From Candidatus Poribacteria bacterium (GTDB lineage: Bacteria > Poribacteria > WGA-4E > WGA-3G): 64,000 bases of DNA. Below the pieces are notes generated by a model that was given only the letters and a program-made list of their open reading frames with translations, did not search any database and was not told the origin of the DNA. The stretch lies in NCBI GenBank assembly GCA_963663765.2, contig CAXXUA010000003.1, positions 544,001 to 608,000 of the forward strand. The letters run 5' to 3'. Position 1 is the stretch's first letter. The number at the start of each line of letters is the position of its first letter. Positions 38,692 through 51,673 of the stretch are shown here, piece after piece. The position numbers and the translations under genes are program-made.

Positions 38692-40821
38692 TTACTTCAA
38701 AATCAACATCTTACGCGTAGCAGAAAACTGTCCTGCTGATAATGTATAGAAATACACGCCGCTTGCGACGTGTTCTCCTTGTGCATTTTTGCCATCCCAA
38801 TGGGCAGCGTGGTTCCGATAATGATATGTGCCGATGGGTTGGTGTCCTAAGTCTAATGTGCGTATCAACTTACCATCTGTTGTATATATGGAAATACTAA
38901 CATCAGCGGGGGTTGCTAACTGATAAGGTATCCACGTCTCTGGGTTGAATGGGTTAGGGTAGTTCGGCAACAAAGCAGTCTCTTTCGGTGTAAGCGAGGC
39001 GAGTAGTTGTTCCAATACCAATATACCACGTTGGAAATCGAGATCAGTTAGGTTGAGTTGCCGTGCTTCGTTTAGCCATGCTTCTACATCTGCTCTTGTA
39101 AGACCGATCTCCGAATTGCGACTCCACGCAAGAGGTGCGGCCGCAGTATTCCCAAACGCTGCTGCTACCAATGTCAAGTCAACGATATTGACAACGCCAT
39201 CCCCATTTACATCTGCAGCATTGGTGCCTGTTGCACCAAAGTTAGTTGCGACGAGTGTGAGATCAACGATATTCACTACACCATCCTCATTCACATCTTC
39301 AGACAGAAATATAGGTTCGGTAATTTCTGCGTTCTCTGTTTGTGGATTTGTGGTTTCTCCAGAACTATCAGTCAATATCACATCAGAAAGCATCACGGTA
39401 GAGGCTTTAACCGAGACGACCTCAAATGTGATGGTGGCAAGTGTGCCATCTCCCATCGTTTCCCCAGCAAGTGATGTTGCTGCCAGTTGGACAGAGTTGC
39501 CTTCAACTTGTGGTGGAATAAAGAATGCACCTGAAGGTAGATAAGAACCATTGTCGCTTTGCACATAACTGAGGGTAGTGGTGTCAAACTGCACTGTGGC
39601 TTGGTAGCCCGCGACGTTTTGACCTTCTGCTATATTGAGTGAGAAAGTGAGTTGTTCACCGACATCCGGAGACACAACACTCTCTGGTGAAAGACTCACA
39701 ACGGTGGGTGATGTTGGCGTCGGGATGAGATCCCACAGCAGCACGGTGTCATCAGAACTCCCACTTGCGAATGTGGTGCCATCAGGACTAAAAGATACGC
39801 TACTGACCGAATCCGTATGCCCCGATATTGTTCGTATGTGTGTGCCTGTGTCTGCCTCCCACAAACGGATGGTACCGTCCGAACTCCCACTTGCGATTGT
39901 GCTCCCATCAGTACTAAAAAATACGCTAAAGACATAAGACGTATGCCCTGTGAGTGTTCGTATGTGTGTGCCGGTGTCTGCTTCCCACATACGGATGGTT
40001 CTGTCCGCACTCCCACTTACGAGTGTGGTGCCATCAGGACTAAAAGATACGCTATAGACCCAACCCGTATGCCCTGTGAGTGTTCGTATGTGTGTGCCTG
40101 TGTCTGCCTCCCACATACGGATCGTTCTGTCCGAACTCCCACTGGCGATAGTGGTGCCATCAGGACTAAAAGATACGCTAAAGACATCCCACGTATGCCC
40201 TGATAGTGTTCGTATGTGTGTGCCTGTGTCTGCATCCCACAAACGGATGGTTCTGTCCGAACTCCCACTGGCGATAGTGGTGCCATCAGGACTAAAAGAT
40301 ACGCTTCTGACATCATCCGTATGCCCTGAGAGTGTTCGTATGTGTGTGTCGGTGTCTGCATCCCACAAACGGATCGTGCTGTCAAAACTCCCACTTGCGA
40401 TAGTGCTCCCATCAGGACTAAAAGATACGCTATAGACCCAACCCGTATGTCCTGATAGTGTTCGTATGTGTGTGCCGGTGTCTGCATCCCACAAACGGAT
40501 CGTGCTGTCAAAACTCCCACTTGCGATAGTGCTCCCATCAGGACTAAAAGATACGCTAAAGACATCATCCGTATGCCCTGAGAGGAGGTCAAGTTCTTCA
40601 CCTGTCTGTGCGTCGTATATCCAAACACCTATGCTGCTTGCCACTGCCAACTTGCTGCCATCGGGAGAATAGGCAACATTCCCAGTAATCTCTCCTTTCC
40701 CGAGACGTGCTTTTGCACCTTCGGGTAGATGCCATTGCGATGAGTCTTGGGCGCGGGTGTTGGTGGTAAAGATTAGTGTTATGAATAGTGTTATCAAGAT
40801 TGAATACAATATGTTTTTCAT
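38692..40821 (-). CDS. Secreted WD40 beta-propeller + cohesin + dockerin + FlgD-Ig/T9SS-like CTD protein
   Basis: Start MKNILYS; seven near-identical 42-aa WD40 repeats; VAGYQATVQFD...GTLATITF (cohesin); DVNEDGVVNIVDL x2 (dockerin); PNYPNPFNPETW. Confidence 0.9.
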   Translation of the reverse strand: MKNILYSILITLFITLIFTTNTRAQDSSQWHLPEGAKARLGKGEITGNVAYSPDGSKLAVASSIGVWIYDAQTGEELDLLSGHTDDVFSVSFSPDGSTIASGSFDSTIRLWDADTGTHIRTLSGHTGWVYSVSFSPDGSTIASGSFDSTIRLWDADTDTHIRTLSGHTDDVRSVSFSPDGTTIASGSSDRTIRLWDADTGTHIRTLSGHTWDVFSVSFSPDGTTIASGSSDRTIRMWEADTGTHIRTLTGHTGWVYSVSFSPDGTTLVSGSADRTIRMWEADTGTHIRTLTGHTSYVFSVFFSTDGSTIASGSSDGTIRLWEADTGTHIRTISGHTDSVSSVSFSPDGTTFASGSSDDTVLLWDLIPTPTSPTVVSLSPESVVSPDVGEQLTFSLNIAEGQNVAGYQATVQFDTTTLSYVQSDNGSYLPSGAFFIPPQVEGNSVQLAATSLAGETMGDGTLATITFEVVSVKASTVMLSDVILTDSSGETTNPQTENAEITEPIFLSEDVNEDGVVNIVDLTLVATNFGATGTNAADVNGDGVVNIVDLTLVAAAFGNTAAAPLAWSRNSEIGLTRADVEAWLNEARQLNLTDLDFQRGILVLEQLLASLTPKETALLPNYPNPFNPETWIPYQLATPADVSISIYTTDGKLIRTLDLGHQPIGTYHYRNHAAHWDGKNAQGEHVASGVYFYTLSAGQFSATRKMLILK

Positions 40822-40844
40822 TATTATTTTCCTTATGTTGACTG

Positions 40845-40985
40845 CTATTTCCGTATTAACATTTTGCGCGTAGTTGAGACCTTGCCAGCGGTGAATGTAT
40901 AGAAATACACGCCGCTTGCGACAGGTTCTCCTTGTCCGTTTTTGCCATCCCAATCGGCAGCACGGCTACGCTGATGATACATCTC
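40845..40985 (-). pseudogene. Orphan CTD remnant
   Basis: YHQRSRAADWDGKNGQGEPVASGVYFYTFTAGKVSTTRKMLIRK*. Confidence 0.75.
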
Positions 40986-41014
40986 TATTAGTACTGTTAG
41001 GAAACCGCACCTAT

Positions 41015-41310
41015 AGTTACTGAGTATGAGTTCTTTTTTTCATAATCAAGAGACATTTTTGTTTTCAACTGTCCCGTTGCGGTATCAATGGCAAATGATG
41101 ATGCATCCGTTCTGCGAACACAGGTGCTACATTTTTGGCAAGTATATAACCGAAATGGTTGGATGGTAATGCTGTCATCAAACCATTCAATCGGAGAATA
41201 TACGCCACATATTACCGCAACGATTGCATCAGAACTTCCGAAGTGCGCTCACTGACTGATGCGACATCTGCATAACTGGTAACAAGCACGCCAAACATTA
41301 CTAAAATTCA
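41015..41310 (-). pseudogene. Collapsed skeleton of an LRR-cadherin gene
   Basis: Colinear short patches: ILVMFGVLVTSYADVASVSERTSEV / DAIVA / LPSNHFGYILAK / NVAPVF / TDASSFAIDTATGQLKTK.SLDYE. Confidence 0.75.
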
Positions 41311-41331
41311 TAAATGATGTATTCTATTGAG

Positions 41332-41360
41332 ATAGTGAGTATTCAAGAAATACTCACTAT
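41332..41360. promoter_or_regulatory. Palindrome next to a minus-strand TTGACA; repeated at 50753-50781
   Basis: ATAGTGAGTATT-CAAGA-AATACTCACTAT, followed by AATGTCAAATATAAT at both sites. Confidence 0.55.
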
Positions 41361-41381
41361 GTTTTGATAATGTCAAATATA

Positions 41382-41594
41382 ATGACTTGTGCTAGTTATC
41401 TGATAGTTTTGTTGGTTTTCACAAGTGTCTATATTCTGTATGAGCGATTTCCGAATCGCGATTTTTTATTATCGGGAATTGGAGTTCACTCCTACATTTT
41501 AGACTGACATCCGCCTGAAATTAAAGGAATTTAAACATAAATGTGACGGATATGTGAAATATAGACATACTAAATGTTAACTAGCACAAGTCGT
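41382..41594. mobile_element. MITE family D copy with a REP doublet
   Basis: ATGACTTGTGCTAGTTA...TAACTAGCACAAGTCGT; internal GTATGAGCGA...ACTCCTAC. Confidence 0.75.
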
Positions 41595-42539
41595 TATTTT
41601 AAAATCACCATTTTACGCAGGAAAGACACACTGTCTGCCTGCAGTTGATAAACATAGATACCGTTTGCCACTCGTTCACCGAACTCGTTCCTACCATTCC
41701 AATACACCGCACGACTCCGACTCTTATAGAACCCTATTTGTTGATGCCCGAGACCTAATTTACGCACAACATTTCCGCCTATATCATAGATAGTGACACT
41801 CACATCACTCGGCTTTGCCAACTGATACGGTATCCACGTCTCCGGATTGAACGGGTTGGGATAGTTGGGTAGTAATCCTGTTACTGTTGGCACATTTGGA
41901 ATACTATTGGGAGCACCACCTATTGCAGGAATGACTTCCAAAGGAAGATTGCTGGATTTGACGGGTCTATAGCCAAAATGGAAATGAGAGTCTGGCCTCG
42001 GCAACGTTCCAATATTTACGGTGACAGCCTCGGTCGTTCCAGTAGTGCGGACCACTGTCAGAGTATCGTCGCTTTCCACTTTACCTTTGCCGACAGTGAT
42101 AGTGGTAGCCTCTCCACTGATACTACCATTGGTCACACTGAACGGTAATACAATTTTATAGGTTGCACCTGTGTTGACTGTTGCTTTGAACTGTCCTTCC
42201 GCGATCTTTTTGAGTGACACAACGATTGTCAAAGGGTTCTGTGAATTGGAAGAAAGGTTAAGCAGGTTTAAGGAGGACAAGCCCTCAAATACACCCGCAG
42301 GAAGACTCGACAACGAGTTGCCTGCAAGATTAAGTGTTCTCAAGGAGGACAAGTCCTCAAATACACCCGTAGGAAGACTCGACAACGAATTGGCCACAAG
42401 TCTGAGTGTAGTCAAGGAGGACAAATTCTCAAATACATTTTCTGGAAGACTCGAAATAGAATTAAATCTTAGGTCTAATTCTCTCAAAGAAGCCAACCCA
42501 CTAAAATCTCCGTTTTGCAATGATCCAATTGATTTACTA

Positions 42540-43788
42540 GTAGATAGTCCATTCTAATTGTTCGGGTATAGATGTTTTAATCGTACGCGTGCATCGTCCG
42601 TTGTAAATTGCCAGTTTACCTGCTTTTGCTCTGCATTTCGCCGTTTTTGCCAGGCTTGTGTCTCTCTATGGAGTGTCTCTATATCTGGGATACGCCGACA
42701 CAAACATTGACGCGTAAGGACACTCAGTTCTATTTCCGCTATATTCAACCAACTTCCATGTACTGGCGTATGCACGATTTCTAAACGCTTACGCAACCTA
42801 TTTGCTTCCTCATCTCCAAACACTTTATTGAGCGTCGAAAGTTTGTGTATATTCAGGTTGTCACAAACTAAAATCACACTTTTTGCTGATGAGTAGTCCT
42901 GATCCAATAGTATTTTTACTTCTTCTGCCCAATCCTCTGCCTTTCTGCGCGTCCGAACAGACACACGCCTCCATCCCGATAATGCTTCTGTGAATAGGAA
43001 GATATTTGCCGTGCCTTTGCGTTTATACTCATTATCTACACGCTTGACTTGCCCCGGTTTCACAGGATGCGGATCCCGAACATCATCCCTAAGCGTGACA
43101 GATTGTTCGTCCATGTTCACAACAGGTATTTCTGTATCTAAAGGTTTCTGGTAAAGATCAAGCACTTCTTCCATCGACTTTACAAACTCAGCATCTTTTT
43201 CAGGGGGAATCACCCACTGTTGCTGAAGGTGCGGCTTCAAAGCGTTTTTTTTAGTGTCTGTCTTACCGTTTCTGGAGAAATGCTTTCCACGATTTCAAGT
43301 CTTACCAATTCTGACGCAAGTAGGCGTAAAGTCCATTTAGCAGCACCTTCGGGAGGTTCGCTACAACTCAGTGCTATCAAGCGTGCTTCAGCTTCACCAT
43401 CAAGTTTACGAGGTGTGGGAGGATGCTCTCGCTTAGCACGAAATAAGACACGAGAAAAACCACCTACAGCAAAACGCTTACGCACTTTCGCGACTGTCCT
43501 ATCAGTGCACTCATACGCTTCAGCTATTTTCCCATCAGTCCAACCGGGACCATTGACATCTGATTTCAGCAAAATATGAGCATTCCTTATCTTATACGCC
43601 TCTTTTTTACCTGTGTTTATACAATCTAACAACTCCTGCCGCTCCGAATCAGTGAGTTTTACAACATATTTCTTAGTCAAGGTTGTGTTCCTCCTTAAGT
43701 TTTGCTATACTATAAGAGAAAAACTCTTGTTTGTCAAGATACTAAGAAACAAAAAAATAAATACAAACTTTTAGTATGGACTATCTAC
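42540..43788 (-). mobile_element. Complete IS630-family insertion sequence
   Basis: TIR GTAGATAGTCCA/TGGACTATCTAC; TA duplication at a CTAG target; promoter TTGACA-17-TATAGT. Confidence 0.93.
42554..43680 (-). CDS. IS630 transposase in two ORFs (HTH 43237-43680, DDE 42554-43240), probably joined by a -1 frameshift at an A8 tract
   Basis: KWTLRLLA, ETVRQTLKK; MDE, CDNLN.H, HTP.HGSWLN.AE. Confidence 0.9.
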
Positions 43789-46700
43789 TAGATAGATCTA
43801 GTGATCTGATTGATGTAAGGTGTTCTGTTGTCACATCGTCAGGTGAGTCCACACCATTTATAGCGGCAACGATAGCATTACGCACTTGCCATGTGCGGTC
43901 ACTGACCGGAGTAACAGTGGTTTCGGTCACATCAGTGACACTGATAGTGACCGTGATTTCATCTTCACCTCCATTCCCGTCGGACACGGTCACATCTACC
44001 GTATAGGATGTCTTGGTTTCATAATCAAGTGCTACATTCGTCTGTAGCTGCCCGCTTGTGCTAACAATACTAAACGAGGACATATCTGTTCCACCAAGAG
44101 TATACGTCAATGAATCATCGTCCGCATCCGTTGCACCCACAGCACTGCCAATGTCTTCTCCTGCCTCAGTATTCTCAGCAACATCACGGGTTGTGCTATC
44201 ACCATCAGCGAACACAGGTGCACGGTTCTCGTCTACATCCGTGATATTGATAGTAACCGTGATTTCATCTTCACCTCCATTCCCGTCGGACACGGTCACA
44301 TCTACCTTATAGGATGTCTTGGTTTCATAATCAAGTGCTACATTCGTCTGTAGCTGCCCGCTTGTGCTAACAATACTAAACGAGGACACATCTGTGCCAC
44401 CAAGAGTATACGTCAATGAATCATCGTCCGCATCCGTTGCACCCACAGCACTGCCAATGTCTTCTCCTGCCTCAGTATTCTCAGCAACATCACGGGTTGT
44501 GCTATCACCATCAGCGAACACAGGTGCACGGTTCTCGTCTACATCCGTGATATTGATAGTAACCGTGATTTCATCTTCACCTCCATTCCCGTCGGACACG
44601 GTCACATCTACCTTATAGGATGTCTTGGTTTCATAATCAAGTGCTACATTCGTCTGTAGCTGCCCGCTTGTGCTAACAATACTAAATGAGGACACATCTG
44701 TGCCACCAAGAGTATACGTCAATGAATCATCGTCCGCATCCGTTGCACCCACAGCACTGCCAATGTCTTCTCCTACCTCAGTATTTTCAGCTACAGACCG
44801 CGTTGTGCTACTTCCATCCGTGAATACGGGTGCGCGGTTCTCGTCTACATCTGTCACATTGATAGTAACCTTGATTTCATCTTCACCACCATTCCCATCA
44901 GAGACAGTGATTGTCACGGTGTAAGATGTCTTGGATTCATAATCAAGTGCAGCACTTGTTCGTAGCTGCCCATTCGTACTATTGATGGTAAACGATGATG
45001 CATTCGTACCACCAAGTGTGTAGGTAAGGTCATCGTTGTCGGCATCGGTTGCCCCAACGGCACTACCGATGTTCACACCCGAACCCGTGTTCTCAGCAAT
45101 AGACCGGGTTGTGCTATCCCCATCCGTGAAAACTGGCGCGCGATTCTCGTCTACATCTGTCACGTTGATAGTAACCATGATGTCATCTTCACCACCATTC
45201 CCATCAGAGACGGTGATTGTTACGGTGTAAGATGTCTTGGATTCATAATCAAGTGCAGCACTTGTCCGCAATTGCCCTTTTGTGCTGTTAATACTAAACA
45301 ATGATGCATTCGTACCACCAAGTGTATAGGTAAGCTCATCGTTGTCGGCATCGGTTGCCCCAACGGCACTACCGATGTTCACACCGGAGCCAGTATTCTC
45401 CGCAACAGACCGGGTTGTGCTATCCCCATCCGTGAAAACTGGCGCGCGGTTCTCGTCTACATCACTCACATTGATGGTAATGTCAATCGTATCCGTGAGT
45501 GTGCTGTCAGAGACCGTGATTGTGACCGAGTAAGATGTCTTGGATTCATAATCAAGTGCAGCACTTGTCCGCAATTGCCCTTTTGTGCTGTTAATGCTAA
45601 ACGATGACGCATCTGTCCCACCGAGTGAATATGTCAAGGTATCGCCATCGTCCGGATCAGTTGCTGATAACGCTCCACCGATATTCACACCTGCTGGCGT
45701 ATTCTCTGCGATTGACAGAGTCGTTTTGGCATCAGCTGCTATGACAGGTGCCTCATTCACATCTGTGACGTTAATCGTGACCGTGATACTATCTGTTTCG
45801 CTTCCATCCGAAACAGTGACAGTGACATTATAAGAGGTTTTAGCCTCATGATTAAGCGCAGCACTTGTTTTCAACTGCCCGTTTGTGCTGTCAATCGCAA
45901 ACGATGCCGCATCCGTCCCACTCAACAGATACACAAGTGTGTTTTTGTCGGCATCTGTGGCAGCGATAGGCGTACCGATGTTGGAAACTGTTGCCGTGTT
46001 CTCTGGAACAGACCTTGTCGTGCTAGTGCCATCGGTAAACACAGGTGGATTGTTAGAAGGTGTTTCGTCAAGGTTCGTAACGTTGATTGTGACCGTGATT
46101 GTATCTGTGAGAGTTCCATCGGAGACGGAGATTGTCACCGAATAGGTTGTCTTTTTTTCATAATCAAGTGTTATCTTCGTTTTCACTTGTCCCGAATTGT
46201 TATCAATACTGAATGACGCTGCATCGGTACCACCGAGTGTATAAGTGAGGGAGTTACTCTCTGGGTCGGTTGCAGATACAGCACTGCCGATGTTTACGTC
46301 TGCGGCTACATTCTCAGCAATCACACGCGTCGTGCTGTCACCATCTGTAAACATAGGTGCTTCATTGACATCTGTAACATTGATCGTAACACTGATGCTG
46401 TCAGTACCACCGTTACCATCAGAGACGTTGACGGTTACCGAATACGAAGATTTGCTCTCATAATTCAATGCTGCACTGTTACTCACTTGTCCTGAACTCG
46501 TATCAATGCTAAACGAGTCTGCATCCGTGTCACTAAGACTGTAGGTCAGCGCATCGTTATCCGCATCGGTGGCAGAAACAGCATCACCGATGTCAACACC
46601 GGAACCGGTGTTCTCCGCAACTGAGCGGGTGGTGCTTTCACCATCGGTGAACTCAGGCGCGTTGTTCGTGGGACTTTCATCTACATCTGTGACGTTAATC

Positions 46701-49700
46701 GTCACGTTAATTGTGTCTGTCAGACTGCCATCAGAAACATTAATTGAAACTGAATACGATGACTTCGTTTCATAGTCAAAGGACGCATCGGTTCGCAGCT
46801 GCCCACTTGTGCTATCAATGCTGAATGAGGACGCATCCGTACCACCAAGGCTGTAGGTCAGCACATCGTTATCCGCATCGGTCGCAGAAACGGATGAACC
46901 GATGTCTAAACCGGAACCAGTATTTTCCGCAACTGAGCGGGTGGTGCTTTCGCCATCGGTGAACTCAGGTGCGCTGTTTGCGGGCGTTTCGTCTATATCC
47001 GTAACATTAATCGTGACGCTAATCGTATCGCTACCTTCGTTGCCATCAGACACAGTGATTGTCACAGAGTAAGATGACTTCGTTTCGTAGTCTAACACTG
47101 CACTTGTTCGCAGTTGTCCAGTTGTGCTGTCAATGCTGAACGAGGACGCATCTGTGCCACCAAGACTGTAGGTCAGCGCATCGTTATCTGCATCGGTCGC
47201 AGAAACAGCATTACCGATGTCTATACCGGAACCGGTGTTCTCCGCAACTGAGCGGATGGTGCTTTCACCATCAGTGAACTCTGGCGCGTTGTTCGTGGGA
47301 CTTTCATCTACATCTGTGACGTTAATCGTCACGTTAATTGTGTCTGTCAGACTGCCATCAGAAACATTTATTGTAACTGAATACGATGTCTTTGTTTCAT
47401 AGTCAAGGGACGCATCGGTTCGCAGTTGTCCAGTTGTGTTGTCAATGCTAAACGAGTCTGCATCCGTTCCACTAAGACTGTAGGTCAGCGCATCGTTATC
47501 CGCATCGGTCGCAGACACCGCAGAACCGATGTCTATACCGGAACCGGTGTTCTCCGCAACTGAGCGGGTGGTGCTTTCAGCATCGGTGAACACTGGCGCG
47601 TTGTTCGTTGGACTTTCATCTACATCTGTGACGTTAATCGTCGCGTTAATTGTGTCTGTCAGACTGCCATCAGAAACATTTATTGTAACTGAATACGATG
47701 ACTTCGTTTCATAGTCAAGGGACGCTTTTGTTTTCAACTGTCCGGTAGCACTATCAATGTCAAATGATGCTGCATCTGTCCCACCCAGTGAATAAGTCAA
47801 TGTATCGTTATTGTTAACATCCGTTGCAGCAACCGGTTCACCAATATTTTCATCTGCAGCCGTATTCTCTGTGATAGCACGCATAGTAGAAGCACCTTCT
47901 GTGAAGATAGGTGCTACATTTATTCTTTTGAATATTTCCAGAGGTAACCCATCAGGTTTCACAAGCTCGTAGCCACTATGTGTTGTGGGTAAACTCGGCA
48001 TCGTTTTAATATCTACTGTGACCGGCTCCGTCGTATTGGCAGTGCGAGACACGGTGAGAGAGTTACTCGCCGCACTGCCTTTTGGGATCATGATGTTGTC
48101 TACACTAAGACTCCCATTTGCTACAGAGACTTGTAGATTCATATCAAACGGTGCACCTGTTGGCACAACGGTTCTAATCTGGTTCTCACCGACTTTCTGT
48201 AGCAATACAGTAAGCGGTAATGGTGAAACCGAATTCCCACTCAAGTTCAGATGATTCAATGATGTCAATCCAATAAAAATACCATTGGGTAGGTTTGTGA
48301 GTTGATTATTACTGAGATTAAGCGTTGTGAGTGAGAAAAGACCAGAGAAATCGCCTGCATCCAATGATGTGATTAACTTGCTACTGAGATTGAGGGTTGT
48401 TGTTGTTGCAAGTTGGATTTCGCTTACATTACGGCAATCGGTTACTTCCGGCACTGCTTCGGTAATCGCTTCTGCCACTTGGAGCGTGCGGTTACAAACA
48501 TCAGATTTGGCAAGTATATAACCGAAATGGTTGGATGGCAATACCGGTAACTCCCCGATGCTTGGCGTGCCTACATACGTAAAACTTTCACTTGTCACGC
48601 TGCCTTTTGGGATCGTGACCATCAGAGAATCGTTGATAGGCAAAACAATGTCAAACGGCGCACCAATGTGTATAAACGCTTGGAATTGATTGTCTGACAC
48701 CTGTTGTAATGACACAAGGAGTGGCATCGGAGCAACGGTGTTGCCTCCTAATCGGAGCGTCGTCAGCGATATAAGACCTTTAAATAGACCATTTGGCAGA
48801 CTTCTGAGCATATTCCCATACAGATTAAGACTCGTCAACCCACTCAAACCACCAAAATCGCCTGATTTCAGTTCGGTAATCCCGTTAGAACGCAGATCCA
48901 TACTGCTAATTGCTGCAAGATGCACATCTGTTACTGCTGTAGCATCCGTTATACCCGGTATTGCAGCCACAATCGCATCGCGCACTTGCGGTGTCCGCTC
49001 ACTCACAGGAAGTGATGCAGAAACCAAATCTGTATCGTTGACATCAATGACGACGATAATTACGATGATACTGTCTGTGAGAGTGCCATCAGAAACGGTG
49101 ATAGTAACTGTGTAAAAACGTTTGGTTTCATAGTCCAACGCTGCCTGTGTTTTCAACTGTCCCGTGCTGTTATCAATACTAAATGACGATGCGTCTATAC
49201 CACTAAGCGTATACGATAATGTGTCATTATTTGCATCGGTTGCGCCGACAGCAACACCGATATTGACATTTGCGTTCGTATTTTCTGCAACTGGACGGGC
49301 AGCGACTGACCCATCGGTGAACACGGGCGCGATCGCTTCCTGAACAATAGGAGGTTCTACTGGCTGCGTGACCATAGGCGGTTCTACTGGGTCAACAGGA
49401 GTTGTAATAGTTTCTTCACCGATAACTTCAATCGGCAGTGTATCGGATTTGGTAAGCGTATAGCCGTAATGGTTTTTAGGTAAACCTGGCAATGTGCCGA
49501 TATTCGCAGTAACAGCAGCAGTAGTACCAGCAGTGCGGGTAAACGTCAATGTATCACTTTCTACACGACCTCTCGCAATTGTAATTGTCGTTGCACTGTC
49601 AGCGTTACTACCATTCACTACACCGATAGGTAAAACGATAGCAAACGGTGCACCTGTCGGTACAACTGCTTTCAACTGTCCATCACTCTCACTGCCACCG

Positions 49701-50203
49701 ACCTTTTCTAGCGAAACACTAATCACCATCGGATCAACTGTGTTGCTTCCTAAACGGAGCGTTGTTAAAGCAGTCAATCCTTCAAAGATGCCATCGGGTA
49801 AACTGCTCAGTTCGTTGTTATACAGATTGAGATTAGTTAGTGCGGTTAACCCCGAAAAATCGCCTGACTTAAGTGCTATAATACCTATGCCGCGTAGGTC
49901 GAGACTTGTAATCGCGGCAAGATGTGCTTCGGTAACATCACCTGCATTGTCCACACCGGGTACTGTCGTAATGATCTTATCGCGCACTTCAGATGTACGT
50001 TCACTCACTGCGGTGGCATCCGCAAAACTCATAAAATTTGTTCCAATGATTGTCAAAATAACCAATAAAATATATATAACCAGTTTGTTCTGAAAAGATA
50101 ACGTGTTCACATAATCTCCTTTTTATAGTAATAGTTAGCGCATTTTACAGGTTTCTTGTTAGTTCGAAAGTTGGGTTTCGCTGTCAGTCTATCCAACTTA
50201 CAT

Positions 50204-50754
50204 CTACATTTTCAAATCTGTCCAACGGGTGGTGAATTTACCGGAGGCGGATACAAGCCCTCTCAAACGAACAGTCGCCAACTGTTTGCGTTCTCCAGCA
50301 TGCGATACATCCTCTATCCGATAATAATAGACAATATTCGTTTTAGCAGTGGTATCTGTCCACGTATACGCATTGCGTTCACCTGTGGTACCTGCACCTT
50401 TTTTCATTGTGGGTTTAACGACTTTGAACTCACCATCTTTTGTTTGACTACGATAGATGTAGAAGCCTGCATTGTCAACTTCTGATTCTGTCGTCCATTT
50501 AATGATAATGCCTGCATTAGTATGTTCTGCGCGGAAACTGGATAAGTTAACAGGCAAAGGTTCATCAAGTAAGAAGTAACGAGCATCAAGCGATGGTGAT
50601 GTTTGCGTAGGGTTGAGATCCCACAGCAGCACGGTGCCATCCCTACTCCCACTTGCAATTGTGTGTTCCCATCAGGAGTAAAAGATACGCTATAGACCAA
50701 ACCCGTATGTCCTGAGAGTGTTCGTATGTGTCTGCCATCGGTTACATTCCACAT
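50204..50754 (-). pseudogene. Remnant: one WD40 repeat fused to an LPVNLS Ig-like module with TTRW tail
   Basis: WNVTDGRHIRTLSGHTG..., frameshift, LLWDLNPTQTSPS...PLPVNLSSFRAE...GKFTTRWTDLKM; no signal peptide. Confidence 0.75.
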
Positions 50755-51673
50755 AGTGAGTATTCAAGAAATACTCACTATGTGGAATGTCAAATATAAT
50801 AATTATATTTATATAGTCCTATTAAGTCAAGTTATAATATATATATTTATTAAATATATTATGATTATTTATTACTCTATTGTCAGCGGATGTATCAATT
50901 CAGATATACGGTCCATCTGGCAGAGCGTATCAAAGCGGCAAGTCTTCTATCTCATTGTAGCAGCTTGTAGCGGTGGTTCTCTGTACCAGCCGTTGTTGTA
51001 TGTCTGACATGGTGTGGCGTAGAGAACCGTTTTACACTGTGGTGTCTATAGGGTTATTTAGTTTTATGAATTGTCCGTTGAAGGATATTACTTATCAGTC
51101 CGATCTGCCATATAGGTTTGTGAACAGTTACAGCGAATCTCATAAATATTAGTTGGTGTGTTTTTTCTTTTAAGCGTTAATCATCTCTGTTAAACTATTT
51201 CTACTAAGAGCATTGAAATCAATCCTCGGACTTAACATTATTGTTCTTATGACTGGACATAAAGGATATACATCCATCGCAACTTGAGCCCGAACCCAAC
51301 CCGACCTCGCAAGAGACCTCGCAAGAACACTCGGTTTTACACACAAGAAAACACCTTGTCTCGCAACATTACATAATGATCTAAAATATTTAGATGCTGA
51401 TGCTGTTGAAAATACATTTACAGACTGGGTAGAAGACGTTTGTAAAAGTCGACCTGATTTAGAAGGTTGTCTTGACGCTGTTGCCATAGGCGGTAAAACG
51501 ATGCGTGCCAGTAAGAAAAGTGGTGCGACAATAAGCCATTTACTCTCGGTTGTTTCTCATGAGTTAGGGGTTACACTGATACAACAAGATGTCAGTGGCA
51601 AAACCAACGAAATACCGATTTCAACAGAGATTCTCAATAACATTGATGTAAAGTGTAAAGTTATCACAACAGA

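Larger units (their letters stand above)
41594..50110 (-). pseudogene. Giant LRR + cadherin protein 2, interrupted by IS630
   Basis: Removing 42540-43788 and one TA restores the frame: IRSLDLSS|KSIGSLQNGDFSGLASL; CTD at the 41594 end. Confidence 0.9.

Noticed and set aside
40822-40953. N-terminal extension of the WD40 protein in the ORF track
   Set aside because: It is an out-of-frame read of an upstream CTD remnant; the signal peptide starts at 40821.
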